A stretch of 64,000 nt of DNA from Acidimicrobiales bacterium (GTDB lineage Bacteria > Actinomycetota > Acidimicrobiia > Acidimicrobiales > Acidimicrobilacustridaceae): positions 2,091,219 through 2,155,218 of the forward strand of contig OZ257146.1 in NCBI GenBank assembly GCA_965279255.1, written 5' to 3'. The translations under genes were made by a program, and so were the position numbers. This document shows, piece after piece, positions 53,857 through 63,022 of this stretch. The notes beneath the pieces were generated by a model, which was not told the DNA's origin, did not search any database, and saw nothing but the letters and a program-made list of their open reading frames with translations. How positions within the stretch are numbered: the stretch's first letter is position 1; every line of letters starts with the position of its first letter.

Positions 53857-53941
53857 GACGCCTCCCGATCCCAGCGCGATTGTGTCTCTCTATGTGACAA
53901 TAGTCGGGCACCCGTGTGCCCCGCCGTCGCAGGAGGATCCC

Positions 53942-54685
53942 ATGCCCGAGCCCCGACGCGTCGCCCTCGTCGGTGACGCCGCCCACTACGTCGGCCCCGA
54001 CCTCGCCCGGATGCTCGCCGCACGCGGGCACGACCTCGTCCTCGGCGATCCGAGCCCCGAGCTGGTCGCCGAGCTGGAGGCCACCGGCGTCGCGGTGGAG
54101 GCGGTCGCCGGCGTGTCGAACCTGGCGAAGCCCGAGTCGGCGCCGGCACTGGTCGAGGCCGCCCTCGGGCGGTTCGGTCGCCTCGATGCCGCGGTCGCGG
54201 CCAGCGGGCGCATCATCACCGGCCGCTTCGTGCGCTCGACCCTCGACGACCTCGACAAGATCGTCGCCGGCTGCCTCCACGCGCCGTACCACTTCCTCAA
54301 GGCGGTGATCCCGCCGATGACCGAGCAGCGCTCCGGCCAGGTGCTGCTCATCACCAGTGCCGCCGGCGCCCGTCCCACCCCGGGGGCGCCGCTCTACTCG
54401 GCCGTGCGGGCGGGGGCCACGATGCTGGCCCGCAACGTCGCCGACGAGGTCGCCCGCGACAACGTGCAGGTCAACGCCATCGGCACCAACTTCATGGACT
54501 TCCCGGAGTTCCTGCAGGCCACCGGCGCCACCGACCCGGAGGTGCGGGCGAAGGTCGAGTCGCAGGTGCCCCTTCGCCGGCTCGGCTCCATGGAGGAGTT
54601 CGCCTCGTTCTGCAGCGTCTTCCTCGACGGCTCCAGCACGTTCACCACTGGTCAGTTCGTCGCCTACGCCGGCGGCTGGGCCTGA
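53942..54685 (+). CDS. SDR-family oxidoreductase (atypical glycine motif)
   Basis: In frame with ORF 53561..54685. ATG 53942 is preceded by AGGAGG. Motifs: VALVGDAAHYVGPDLARMLA, YSAVRAGA, NAIGTNFMD. Confidence 0.75.
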   Translation: MPEPRRVALVGDAAHYVGPDLARMLAARGHDLVLGDPSPELVAELEATGVAVEAVAGVSNLAKPESAPALVEAALGRFGRLDAAVAASGRIITGRFVRSTLDDLDKIVAGCLHAPYHFLKAVIPPMTEQRSGQVLLITSAAGARPTPGAPLYSAVRAGATMLARNVADEVARDNVQVNAIGTNFMDFPEFLQATGATDPEVRAKVESQVPLRRLGSMEEFASFCSVFLDGSSTFTTGQFVAYAGGWA

Positions 54686-54693
54686 CCCACCCC

Positions 54694-54801
54694 CCGTGGC
54701 TCGTTTGAGCACGCCAGAACGTGCCGAATCGAGCCAGTGGCCGACTCTCCGCCTGGGCCGTGGCTCGTTTGAGCACGCCAGAACGTGCCCGAACGAGCCA
54801 C
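54694..54801. repeat. Two tandem nested hairpins built on a 32-nt perfect direct repeat; between convergent genes
   Basis: CCGTGGCTCGTTTGAGCACGCCAGAACGTGCC occurs at 54694..54725 and 54758..54789. The stems are TGGCTCG/CGAGCCA and GTGGCTCGTT/AACGAGCCAC, with inner stem GCACG/CGTGC. Confidence 0.65.
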
Positions 54802-54811
54802 CTGGGTGGGG

Positions 54812-56203
54812 TCAGGCGTCGAGGATGGCGAGGAGCTGGGGGCCGGAGATCACCGACGCGCCCCGGCGGCGGGCGCCGTCGGCGACGCGGCGGTCGCTCG
54901 ACGCCACGGTGACGGGCCGGTCGACCGGGAGGGCGTCGAGCAGGGCGAGCAGCTCGTCGTCGGCCTCCACCCCGGGAGCGGTGAAGCGGACCTGCACGCC
55001 CCGAGGCCTCGACTCCCCCGGCAGCCCGGCCCCGACGTCGGCGCCGTCGAACACCACCACGACGCCGCACCCGGTGCGGGCGGCCAACGCCTCGAGGGCG
55101 TCGATCAGCCGACGGCGCTGGGCTGACAGGGCGAGGGTGGGCCAGCCGGCGAGTGAGACGTTGTAGCCGTCGACGGCGAGGGTCGTCCCCTCGGCCCGCA
55201 GGAGGTGGAGCGCGGCCTCGGGCGTGTCGTCGAAGACCCCGACGGGGATGGCGACGGGCTCGCGCCGGGGCGGTCGCTCACGCGGTGGAGTGGGCCCGGG
55301 CGCCGGCTCGGGACGGGCATCGAGCTCGGGCTCGACCACGACCTCGGGGTCGGCGACCTCGTCGTCGTCGGGGCGGACCAGCTCGGCGGCCTCGGCCAAC
55401 GATGACGAGAGCAGCGCAGCGGCCTCGGCGGCGCGGGCCACGAGGGCACTGAGGGCGTCGCGGTCGAGCGACGAGCCGGCGGGCGCCGACGGTACGGCGG
55501 CAGGGTCGGGCCCACCAACGGGCTGGTCGGTCCCGGCTCCGGCCCCGGCCTCGGCGGCCCTGTGGGCGGCCTCGGTGTCGATGTCGGTGTCGCCGGCCAG
55601 GGCGTCCTGGAGCTCGGCGACCTCGCGCCGGGCGGTGGCCAGGTCGGCCTGCGCGGCCTTGAGGTCGTCGAGGCGGGCGTTGGCCCGGACCTCCTGGGCC
55701 TTGAGGTCGCGCACGGCCTCGGCCCGTTGGGCCCGGAGCTCGGCGACCTCGTCCTCGAGCGCGGTGACCCGCAGCTCGGCGGCGTCGCGGCCGGCCTTGG
55801 CGTCGTCGAGGGCACGGGCGGCACGGTCCTGGTCGGAGCGGGCCTGCCGGGTGGCGTCCATGGCCTCGTCGCGCTCCTCGATGGCGCGGGCGAGCTCACG
55901 GGTGAGGCGGGCGACGTCCTCGGCCGTGCCGGCCTGGTCGGCCTCGCGGCCGGCGTCGTCGAGCAGCTCGCCGAGGCGATCCTCCCACCCCGGGGGCCGG
56001 TCGAGGAGCAGCCACCCGGCCTCGCCCACGTCGTCGCGGTCGACGGCGTCGCGCACCCGCTCCCGGAAGGCCTCGTCGTCGTCGAGCACCCGTCGGGCCC
56101 GCTCGAGGGCTCGGCCCGAGAGCTTGCGGAACGACAGGAACGGCCGCAGCGGGGCCGGGGGCGGCACCGGCGGCACGACGTCGAGGCCGGCCCGCGCCAC
56201 CAC
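54812..56203 (-). CDS. NYN/YacP-like ribonuclease-domain protein with a long coiled-coil N-terminal region (start uncertain)
   Basis: ORF 54812..56572. C-terminal NYN pattern: LAVDGYNVSLAGWP...GVVVVFDGADV...VRFTAPGVEADDELLALL...VTVASSDRRVADGA. GTG 56203 is the first canonical in-frame start after the upstream gene. A CTG at 56254 is the alternative. Confidence 0.65.
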   Translation of the reverse strand: MVARAGLDVVPPVPPPAPLRPFLSFRKLSGRALERARRVLDDDEAFRERVRDAVDRDDVGEAGWLLLDRPPGWEDRLGELLDDAGREADQAGTAEDVARLTRELARAIEERDEAMDATRQARSDQDRAARALDDAKAGRDAAELRVTALEDEVAELRAQRAEAVRDLKAQEVRANARLDDLKAAQADLATARREVAELQDALAGDTDIDTEAAHRAAEAGAGAGTDQPVGGPDPAAVPSAPAGSSLDRDALSALVARAAEAAALLSSSLAEAAELVRPDDDEVADPEVVVEPELDARPEPAPGPTPPRERPPRREPVAIPVGVFDDTPEAALHLLRAEGTTLAVDGYNVSLAGWPTLALSAQRRRLIDALEALAARTGCGVVVVFDGADVGAGLPGESRPRGVQVRFTAPGVEADDELLALLDALPVDRPVTVASSDRRVADGARRRGASVISGPQLLAILDA

Positions 56204-56250
56204 GAACGCCGCCTCCAGCGTCGGGCGCAGCAGCGCGACCTCGCCCTGGT

Positions 56251-56508
56251 TCAGCTGCCCGGCTCCCCGAGGGGGGCGGCGTCGGCGGCCTCGGCGGCCT
56301 CCTCCTCGGAGACCTCGACCACCGCGCGGCCGTTGCCGCACCAGCGGCAGGCGACCTCCTCGACGACCTCGTCGAGCACCTCGGTGTCCTCCACCTCGAG
56401 CTGGCCGCCCACCGTGTAGTGGTGGAACGCCCGGGTGCGACGGGTCGAGGTGACGTCGAAGCGGGTGAGGTTGCCGCAGGCGGTGCAGCGGTAGCGGGTC
56501 GTGGTCAC
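56251..56508 (-). CDS. Small zinc-ribbon protein (85 aa)
   Basis: MTTTRYRCTACGNLTRFDV...VACRWCGNGRAVV carries two CxxC pairs, followed by an acidic tail. Good codon bias. Confidence 0.6.
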   Translation of the reverse strand: MTTTRYRCTACGNLTRFDVTSTRRTRAFHHYTVGGQLEVEDTEVLDEVVEEVACRWCGNGRAVVEVSEEEAAEAADAAPLGEPGS

Positions 56509-56578
56509 CGGGCGATCCTACCGACCGCCCGGCCCTCGCCCGGTGAGGCTCCCGCCGGATCCGATCGAACACTTGTGC

Positions 56579-56594
56579 GCGAACTGCTGTTCGA
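56579..56594. promoter_or_regulatory. LexA (SOS) box-like palindrome
   Basis: gCGAAC-TGCT-GTTCGA matches 11 of the 12 specified positions of the actinobacterial consensus TCGAAC-N4-GTTCGA. It lies 14 nt upstream of the exonuclease/GIY-YIG start codon. Confidence 0.6.
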
Positions 56595-56607
56595 TGATAC
56601 TTCCGGG

Positions 56608-58386
56608 ATGGACCGGGCCCAGGGCCAGCTCACCCTCGACGACCTGGGGGCACCGCTCGCCGACGTCACGTTCTGCGTGATCGACCTGGAGACCACCGGC
56701 GGCTCACCCACCCAGTGCGGCATCACCGAGATCGGCGCGGTGAAGCTGCGGGGCGGCGAGTGCCTCGGCACCTTCCAGACGCTGGTGAACCCCGGCTGCG
56801 CCATCCCGCCGGAGATCACCGTGCTCACGGGCATCACCCACTCGATGGTCATGCCGGCCCCCCGCATCGAGCAGGTGCTCCCCGCCCTGCTCGAGTTCGT
56901 CGGTGAGGCCGTCATCGTCGGTCACAACGTGCGCTTCGACGTGGGCTTCCTCCAGGCCGCGCTCGAGCGCGACGACCGCCCCCGCCTCACCAACCGCACG
57001 GTCGACACCGTGGCCCTGGCCCGCCGCCTCGTGCGCGACGAGGTGCCCAACTGCAAGCTCGGCACCCTGGCCGAGCGCCTGCGCCTCGACCACAAGCCCT
57101 CGCACCGCGCCCTCGACGACGCCCTCGCCACCGGCGACCTGCTCCACGTGCTGCTCGAGCGGGCCGGCGGGCTCGGCGTCACCGGGCTCGACGACCTGCT
57201 GGCGCTGCCGACGATGGCCGGCCACGCCCAGGCCGCCAAGCTCAAGCTCACCGACGGGCTCCCCCGCTCGCCCGGCGTGTACGTCTTCCGCGGCGCCCGG
57301 GGCGAGGTGCTCTACGTCGGCAAGGCCACCAACCTGCGCTCCCGGGTGCGCTCGTACTTCTCGGGCGACGAGCGCCGCAAGATCGGTGCCCTGCTCCGCG
57401 AGACCCAGCGCATCGACCACGTCGTGCACCCTCACCCGCTGTCGGCGGCGGTTCACGAGGTGCGCCTGATCCACCGGTTCACCCCCCGCTACAACCGGCA
57501 GTCGAAGGACTGGTCGAAGTACGTCTACGTGAAGCTCACCCTCGACGAGGCCTTCCCCCGGCTCTCGGTCGTGAAGGCCACCCGCGACGACGGCTGCCTC
57601 TACCTCGGGCCCCTGTCCTCCCAGCGCGTCGGGCAGCGGATCATCGAGGCGGTGCACACCGCGGTGCCCCTGCGGCGCTGCACCCAACGGGTCGGGCGCA
57701 CCCCCACCCGATCGGCGCCCTGCGCGTCGGCCCAGCTCGGCGTGTCGATGTGCCCCTGCGCCGGCGGGGTCGACCCCGTCGAGTACCGCAAGGTCGTCGA
57801 ACGCGCCGTCCGTGGCCTCACCCTCGAGCCGGAGCTGCTCCTCTCCCCCCTCGCCGAGCGGCTGGCCGAGCTGGCCCGGGCCGAGCGCTTCGAGGAGGCG
57901 GCCGACGTGCGCGACCGCGCCGAGGCCCTGGCCGGTGCGCTGCGGCGCCAGCGGCGCTTCGAGGTGCTGCGCCGGGCAGGTCACCTCCGCATCGAGGTCC
58001 CCGGCCAGGGCGGGGCCGACCTGGCCGCCGGCCGCCTGCTGCGGGCCTGGGCTCCCGGCCAGGCCCCGGCCGCCGACGCCGCCGACGAGGGCCGGCTGTT
58101 CGGCGACCCCGGGCCCCTGCCGCCCCTCGACCGAGACCTCGCCGACGAGCTCGCCTGTGTGGCGGCCTGGTTCGAGCGCAGCGCCCACACCGTCACCATC
58201 GAGCACTGCGAGGGCGAGCTCGCATCGGCGTTCCCCGCGGTGCCGTCGTTCGCTCCCCGGGGCGGCATCGCCGGTCCACGCGGGGGCCGAGGTGCCGGGC
58301 CCGGCGGGCGACGCGACGACGGAGAGACCACCGAGCGCGGCGTCCGTACGCCGAGGGCCCGACGAGAGGCCAGGTCGCTAGCCTGA
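56608..58386 (+). CDS. DEDD 3'-5' exonuclease domain fused to a GIY-YIG (UvrC/Cho-like) nuclease domain
   Basis: ORF 56419..58386 trimmed to ATG 56608. Exo motifs: FCVIDLETTGG, GHNVRFDVGFL, HRALDDALATGDL. GIY-YIG: PGVYVFRGARGEVLYVGKATNLRSRVRSYF. A UvrC-like middle region follows. Confidence 0.85.
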   Translation: MDRAQGQLTLDDLGAPLADVTFCVIDLETTGGSPTQCGITEIGAVKLRGGECLGTFQTLVNPGCAIPPEITVLTGITHSMVMPAPRIEQVLPALLEFVGEAVIVGHNVRFDVGFLQAALERDDRPRLTNRTVDTVALARRLVRDEVPNCKLGTLAERLRLDHKPSHRALDDALATGDLLHVLLERAGGLGVTGLDDLLALPTMAGHAQAAKLKLTDGLPRSPGVYVFRGARGEVLYVGKATNLRSRVRSYFSGDERRKIGALLRETQRIDHVVHPHPLSAAVHEVRLIHRFTPRYNRQSKDWSKYVYVKLTLDEAFPRLSVVKATRDDGCLYLGPLSSQRVGQRIIEAVHTAVPLRRCTQRVGRTPTRSAPCASAQLGVSMCPCAGGVDPVEYRKVVERAVRGLTLEPELLLSPLAERLAELARAERFEEAADVRDRAEALAGALRRQRRFEVLRRAGHLRIEVPGQGGADLAAGRLLRAWAPGQAPAADAADEGRLFGDPGPLPPLDRDLADELACVAAWFERSAHTVTIEHCEGELASAFPAVPSFAPRGGIAGPRGGRGAGPGGRRDDGETTERGVRTPRARREARSLA

Positions 58387-58390
58387 CGTC

Positions 58391-59110
58391 GTGCGCGACG
58401 TCCTGCTGTGGGTGCTGGCCTTCGTGGCCACCTGGATCGTGCTGCTCGTCGTGGTGGTCACCCTGCTGCGCTGGCGCTTCGCCCGCCGCAACCGGGTGAG
58501 CCCGGCGGTCAAGAGCCCCGCGCCCGTCACCTGGCTGTGGTCGCCCCGCTCCACCGCCCGGCTGCACCGCCGCCTCCAGGCCGCCGTCGCCGACATCCAC
58601 CTCGCCCCCAGCCGCCGTTCACCGCACCGCGGCCCGGCGTCGGTCGACGAGCTGCGCCGCGAGCTCGAGTACCAGGCGGTCGAGCTCGACCACCACCTCG
58701 TGATCGTGTCCCGTCACCCCCGGAGCCGTCGCTCGTCTCTGGTCCGCTCGCTCGAGGAGCAGGTCACCGAGATCGAGCAGCTGTCGGTGCGCCTCAGCCG
58801 CCTGAGCGGCCGACCGGAGGGCACCCCCGCCTCGGGATGGGACGTCACCCGCGAGCCGCCCGACGTGCTGGCCGAGATCGCCCGGCAGCTCGACGTCCTC
58901 GACGCGGCCCAGGACGAGCTCACCGCCATCGAGCGGGCGGCCGGCCTGGTCGACGACGACGTGATCGACGTCGTCGAGGTCACCGAGGTCGAGCCCGACG
59001 ACACCGACGTCACCGGCGCCGCCGGGCAGGGTGGCGAGGCGATCAGCCCCGCCCCCGCCGACGACCTCAGCCCTCCGAGCGACCCGCCGCGGCCGCCTGC
59101 GACGCGCTGA
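58391..59110 (+). CDS. Hypothetical membrane protein (N-terminal TM helix, coiled-coil, acidic tail)
   Basis: 239-aa ORF starting at GTG 58391. Its 3' end overlaps the trpD 3' end by 44 nt (convergent genes). Confidence 0.55.
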   Translation: MRDVLLWVLAFVATWIVLLVVVVTLLRWRFARRNRVSPAVKSPAPVTWLWSPRSTARLHRRLQAAVADIHLAPSRRSPHRGPASVDELRRELEYQAVELDHHLVIVSRHPRSRRSSLVRSLEEQVTEIEQLSVRLSRLSGRPEGTPASGWDVTREPPDVLAEIARQLDVLDAAQDELTAIERAAGLVDDDVIDVVEVTEVEPDDTDVTGAAGQGGEAISPAPADDLSPPSDPPRPPATR

Positions 59111-60158
59111 CGAGGCGCTCGAGCACCGACGCCGCCGCGCCCGAGTCGATCGAGGCCCGGGCCCGCTCGACGCCGTCGCCGAGGTCGTCGGCCACGCCGG
59201 CGACCACCAGGGCGGCGGCGGCGTTGAGGGTGACGATGTCGCGGTGGGGCCCGGCCTCACCGGCGAAGACCCGGTGGGCGATGGCGGCGTTGGCGGCGGG
59301 GTCACCACCGGCGAGCGCCTCGACGGACACGACGGCGATGCCGACCTCGCCGGGGTCGAAGGTGCGGCTGGTGACCGATCCGTCGCGCAGCTCGTGGAGC
59401 GTGCTCGGCCCGGTGGTGGTGAGCTCGTCCATCCCGTCGTCGCCGGTGACGACGAGCGCCCGCGGCGCCCCCCGCTCAGCCAGCACGCCCACGACGGTCG
59501 GCGCCACCCGGGGGTCGCTCACCCCGATGACCTGGCGCTGCACGCCGGCGGGGTTCGACAGGGGGCCGAGGTAGTTGAACACCGTCGGCACGCCCAGCTC
59601 GGCCCGCACCGGGCCGGCATGGCGCATGGCGGGATGGAAGGTGCGGGCGAAGCAGAAGCCCACGCCGCTCTCGGCCACGCAGCGGGCCACGCCGGGGCCG
59701 TCGAGCTCGAGCACCACGCCGAGGGCCTCGAGCAGGTCGGCCGAGCCCGAGGTGGACGACGCCTTGCGGTTGCCGTGCTTCACGACCCGTGCCCCGGCGC
59801 CGGCGGCGACCATCGTGGCCATGGTCGACACGTTCAGGGCGTGCGAGCGTCGGCTCGGCGCGCCACCCGTGCCGACGATGTCGACCGGGTCGGGGCCGTC
59901 GGGCAGGGTGATCGGGGCGGCGGCGGCCAGCATGGCGTCGACCATCCCGGAGACCTCGGCCACGGTCTCGCCCTTCATCCGCAGGGCGACGATGAAGGCG
60001 GCGATCTGGGCGTCGGTGGCCTCGCCGGCGAGGATCTCGCCCATCGCCGCGCCGGACTGAGCGGCGGTGAGGTCGGTTCCCGCGGTGAGCGCGCCGAGGA
60101 CCTCGCGCCAGCCCCCGAGGGCGGCCAGGTCGGTTGCGTCGGACCGGTTCGTCACCAC
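59067..60158 (-). CDS. trpD: Anthranilate phosphoribosyltransferase
   Basis: ORF 59067..60347 trimmed to GTG 60158 or 60155 (AGAGGAG upstream). Motifs: AFIVALRMKGET, DIVGTGG, KHGNRKASSTSGSADLLEALG, NPAG. Confidence 0.9.
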   Translation of the reverse strand: MVTNRSDATDLAALGGWREVLGALTAGTDLTAAQSGAAMGEILAGEATDAQIAAFIVALRMKGETVAEVSGMVDAMLAAAAPITLPDGPDPVDIVGTGGAPSRRSHALNVSTMATMVAAGAGARVVKHGNRKASSTSGSADLLEALGVVLELDGPGVARCVAESGVGFCFARTFHPAMRHAGPVRAELGVPTVFNYLGPLSNPAGVQRQVIGVSDPRVAPTVVGVLAERGAPRALVVTGDDGMDELTTTGPSTLHELRDGSVTSRTFDPGEVGIAVVSVEALAGGDPAANAAIAHRVFAGEAGPHRDIVTLNAAAALVVAGVADDLGDGVERARASIDSGAAASVLERLVSASQAAAAGRSEG

Positions 60159-60216
60159 TGGCTCCTCTGGCTCGTCGAGGGGTGGCGCCGGGCCGGGCCC
60201 GGACTCGGACCGGCTG

Positions 60217-60453
60217 TCAGGCCGTGCGACGGCGCTGGCGGATGATACGGCGCCGCTCGCGCTCGGTCGCCCCACCCCAGACGCCGTCCTTCTCGCGCAC
60301 TGCGAGGGCGTGCTCGAGGCAGGCCTCCCTGACGGGACAGGCCGCACAGATCACCTTCGCCGGCTCGGCTTCGGCGTCGTCCTCGGTGGACGGATAGAAG
60401 ATGTCGGGGGCGAGGCCCTGGCAAGCGGCCTTGGAGCGCCACGGAAGGTTCAT
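60217..60453 (-). CDS. WhiB-family Fe-S transcriptional regulator
   Basis: 78 aa. Four Cys in WhiB spacing (AACQG...ICAACPVREACLEHA), a GVWGG turn, and a basic tail RRRIIRQRRR. Confidence 0.9.
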   Translation of the reverse strand: MNLPWRSKAACQGLAPDIFYPSTEDDAEAEPAKVICAACPVREACLEHALAVREKDGVWGGATERERRRIIRQRRRTA

Positions 60454-60576
60454 CGGGAGAGCACGACTCCACCGGTGCGGGGGGTGGGTATTGGGCGGGA
60501 ACGTCGAGTATCCCCCCGTCGGGGGATCCCGTACAAAACGAGTTCCCGTCAGGTAGCGACCAGGGAGCCCGGCCGC

Positions 60577-61170
60577 TCAGCTGCCCCGCAGGTCGCCCAG
60601 CAGCTCCGCCCGGGTGCCCTCGGTGAGCTCGAGGACGTGCTCGTAGGCCGGATGGGTGACGGCCAGCACCACGGGGCCGGCGGCGAAGGCCTCGACCTGG
60701 GCCGGGGTGAGGGCGAACCCCACGTAGTGCACTGACGCGGTGATCTCGTCCCGCGTGAGCTGCTTGTCGTGGTCGGGGTCGACCGTGCAGACGATGGGCT
60801 CGGCGTCGGGGCCGACCCGCAGCTCGACCGCCCGCTCGATGCCCACCAGCTTCGGCAGCCACTCCCGCAGCTGCTCGTCGGAGGTGAGCTCGATGAAAAG
60901 GGTGGTGGAGAGGTGACCGGGCTCGGGGATGAGCGGGTTGTAGATGCGCAGCTCGGTCTCGATGCCCTCGTCGGAGAGGATCTTCTCGGCCCGGGCCATC
61001 TCCTGGATCTGGAACCGGATGGTGTCGCGGTTCTCGAAGACGAAGGTGACGAAAGGCCCGACGTGCACCCGGCGGCGGGACTTGAGGTCGATCACGTGGG
61101 CCCGGAAGGCCTCGCGCTCGCGCTCGTAGGCCCGCAGGTCGGCGATGTCGTCGAGGGTGAGCTTGGTCAT
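60577..61170 (-). CDS. DUF3501-like protein
   Basis: 197 aa, LTLDDIADLRAYEREREAFRAHVIDLKSRRRVHVGPFVTFVFENRDTIRFQIQEM. It lies directly downstream of a CCG-domain Fe-S protein, the usual context for this family. Confidence 0.65.
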   Translation of the reverse strand: MTKLTLDDIADLRAYEREREAFRAHVIDLKSRRRVHVGPFVTFVFENRDTIRFQIQEMARAEKILSDEGIETELRIYNPLIPEPGHLSTTLFIELTSDEQLREWLPKLVGIERAVELRVGPDAEPIVCTVDPDHDKQLTRDEITASVHYVGFALTPAQVEAFAAGPVVLAVTHPAYEHVLELTEGTRAELLGDLRGS

Positions 61171-61173
61171 GGG

Positions 61174-62490
61174 TCAGGACTCCTCGGGGATGCCGTAGGC
61201 CCGAGCGACGATCTGCAGCGGGTGCAACGGCTGGGTGCCGGTCTCCTGCAGGATGCCGCCGTTGGCCAGGTGGCAGTCGCCGGCCACGGTGTCGTTGCCG
61301 GCGGCCTCGATGGCGTCGGCCATCTTCCGGGCCACCTTGCGGCTGTTGTCGTAGTTCTGCTCGCGGTAGCCCCAGGTGCCGTCGATGGCCGAGCACTCGG
61401 CGACGAGGGTGATCTTGGAGCCGGCCAGCTTCATGAGGTCGCGGCTGCGGTACCCGATGTTCTGGGCCCGCAGGTGGCAGGGCGCGTGGTAGGTGATCTG
61501 CTCGGGGATCTCACCGGGGAACTCGGTGTCGAGGGCGGTGCCCTCCGTCTTGTGGAGCTTCCAGAGGTACTCGGAGGCGTCGTAGGTGTGGGCGGCCACG
61601 AGCTCGGCGTCGGGCCCGCCGATGTAGTCGACGTAGTCCTTCTTCAGCACGTAGCTGCAGGTGGGCTGGGGCACGACGACGTCGTTGCCGCGGCGCACGG
61701 CCTCGGCCAGCACCCGGATGTTCCTGCGGCCCTGTTCGACGAACTTGTCGACCTCGCCCTCGTGGAGCCACGGGGCGCCGCAGCACACCTGGCCCTCGGG
61801 GAGGGAGCACTCGACGCCGTTGCGCTCGTAGACCTTCACGAGGTCCTGGCCGATGGCCGGGTTCTGGTACTCGACGAGGCAGGTCGGGAAGACCGCCACC
61901 TTGCCCTGGGTGTCGGCGACGGTGCGGTGCTCGGGACCCGACCGCTTCTTGAACCAGGTCGAGAAGCGCTGACGGGTGAACGGCGGCAGGAGGCGCTCGC
62001 TGGCGATGCCGACGGTCTTCTCCATGATGCGGCGGGGCAGCGAGCCGGGGGTGGAGATCGTGGCGTTGGCGAGTGGCGCAACGACCCCGGTGGAGAGCTT
62101 GCCCAGCAGGTCGGTGCGACCGAGGGCGGCGTTCTGGAGCTTGTCGCGGCCGGAGATCGCGCCGTTGCGGGCACGGGTCTGCTCGGCGCGGAGCATGAGC
62201 CGGGGGAAGTCGAGGTTCCACTCGCTCTGGCCCGGGATGTACGGGCAGTTGACGTAGCAGAGCTTGCAGTTGAAGCACTCGTCGACGACCTGGTCCTGCT
62301 CGGCCGGGGTCATGCGGCCGGCGTCCTGGTCGTCGTGCCGGTCGATGAACTCGAAGAGCGTCGGGAACGCCGTGCAGAACTTGAAGCACAGGCGACAGCC
62401 GTGGCACAGGTCGTAGACCCGGGTCAGCTCCTCGCGGACGTCGGCCTCGTCGAAGTACTTCGGGTGGAACGGGTCGTACGTCGTCGTCAC
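61174..62490 (-). CDS. Heterodisulfide-reductase/GlpC-like (Fe-S)-binding protein with CCG domains
   Basis: Two ferredoxin-type motifs, [11 protein letters not shown] and [12 protein letters not shown]. Cys-rich CCG segments QVCCGAPW and APCHLRAQ. Confidence 0.8.
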   Translation of the reverse strand: MTTTYDPFHPKYFDEADVREELTRVYDLCHGCRLCFKFCTAFPTLFEFIDRHDDQDAGRMTPAEQDQVVDECFNCKLCYVNCPYIPGQSEWNLDFPRLMLRAEQTRARNGAISGRDKLQNAALGRTDLLGKLSTGVVAPLANATISTPGSLPRRIMEKTVGIASERLLPPFTRQRFSTWFKKRSGPEHRTVADTQGKVAVFPTCLVEYQNPAIGQDLVKVYERNGVECSLPEGQVCCGAPWLHEGEVDKFVEQGRRNIRVLAEAVRRGNDVVVPQPTCSYVLKKDYVDYIGGPDAELVAAHTYDASEYLWKLHKTEGTALDTEFPGEIPEQITYHAPCHLRAQNIGYRSRDLMKLAGSKITLVAECSAIDGTWGYREQNYDNSRKVARKMADAIEAAGNDTVAGDCHLANGGILQETGTQPLHPLQIVARAYGIPEES

Positions 62491-62548
62491 GGAAGCGAAC
62501 CTCGGGGGGAAGCGGTCGTCGACTCAGGTGGAGCGGGGCGCGCCCGCC

Positions 62549-62584
62549 GGTGCCGGGTGACCTCCGGAGCGGCCACCCGGCACC
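62549..62584. other. Intercistronic hairpin (11-bp stem, 14-nt loop) between the rubrerythrin and Fe-S protein genes
   Basis: GGTGCCGGGTG ...14 nt... CACCCGGCACC. Confidence 0.5.
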
Positions 62585-62605
62585 AACGGTTCACAGCGGG
62601 ACGGC

Positions 62606-63022
<417 letters not shown>

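Noticed and set aside
53857-53941. A/T-richer stretch ATTGTGTCTCTCTATGTGACAAT between the divergent SDR genes, considered as a TetR-type operator palindrome.
   Set aside because: Only the outer 5 nt (ATTGT/ACAAT) are truly complementary. This is more simply the A/T-rich core of divergent promoters.
50759-54712. A 1317-aa minus-strand ORF suggesting a giant protein. Similar cases are 2415..4883, 12787..14811, 27239..29599, 28573..31578, 41103..43787 and 43913..45589.
   Set aside because: Only the C-terminal part of each has recognisable domains, preceded by a sensible start and RBS or by an NTGA junction. The N-terminal extensions overlap other well-supported genes.
56565-56580. Second LexA half-site, TCGAAC-ACTT-GTGCGC, just upstream of the main SOS box.
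   Set aside because: The right half matches only 3 of 6 positions. It is unlikely to be a functional independent box.
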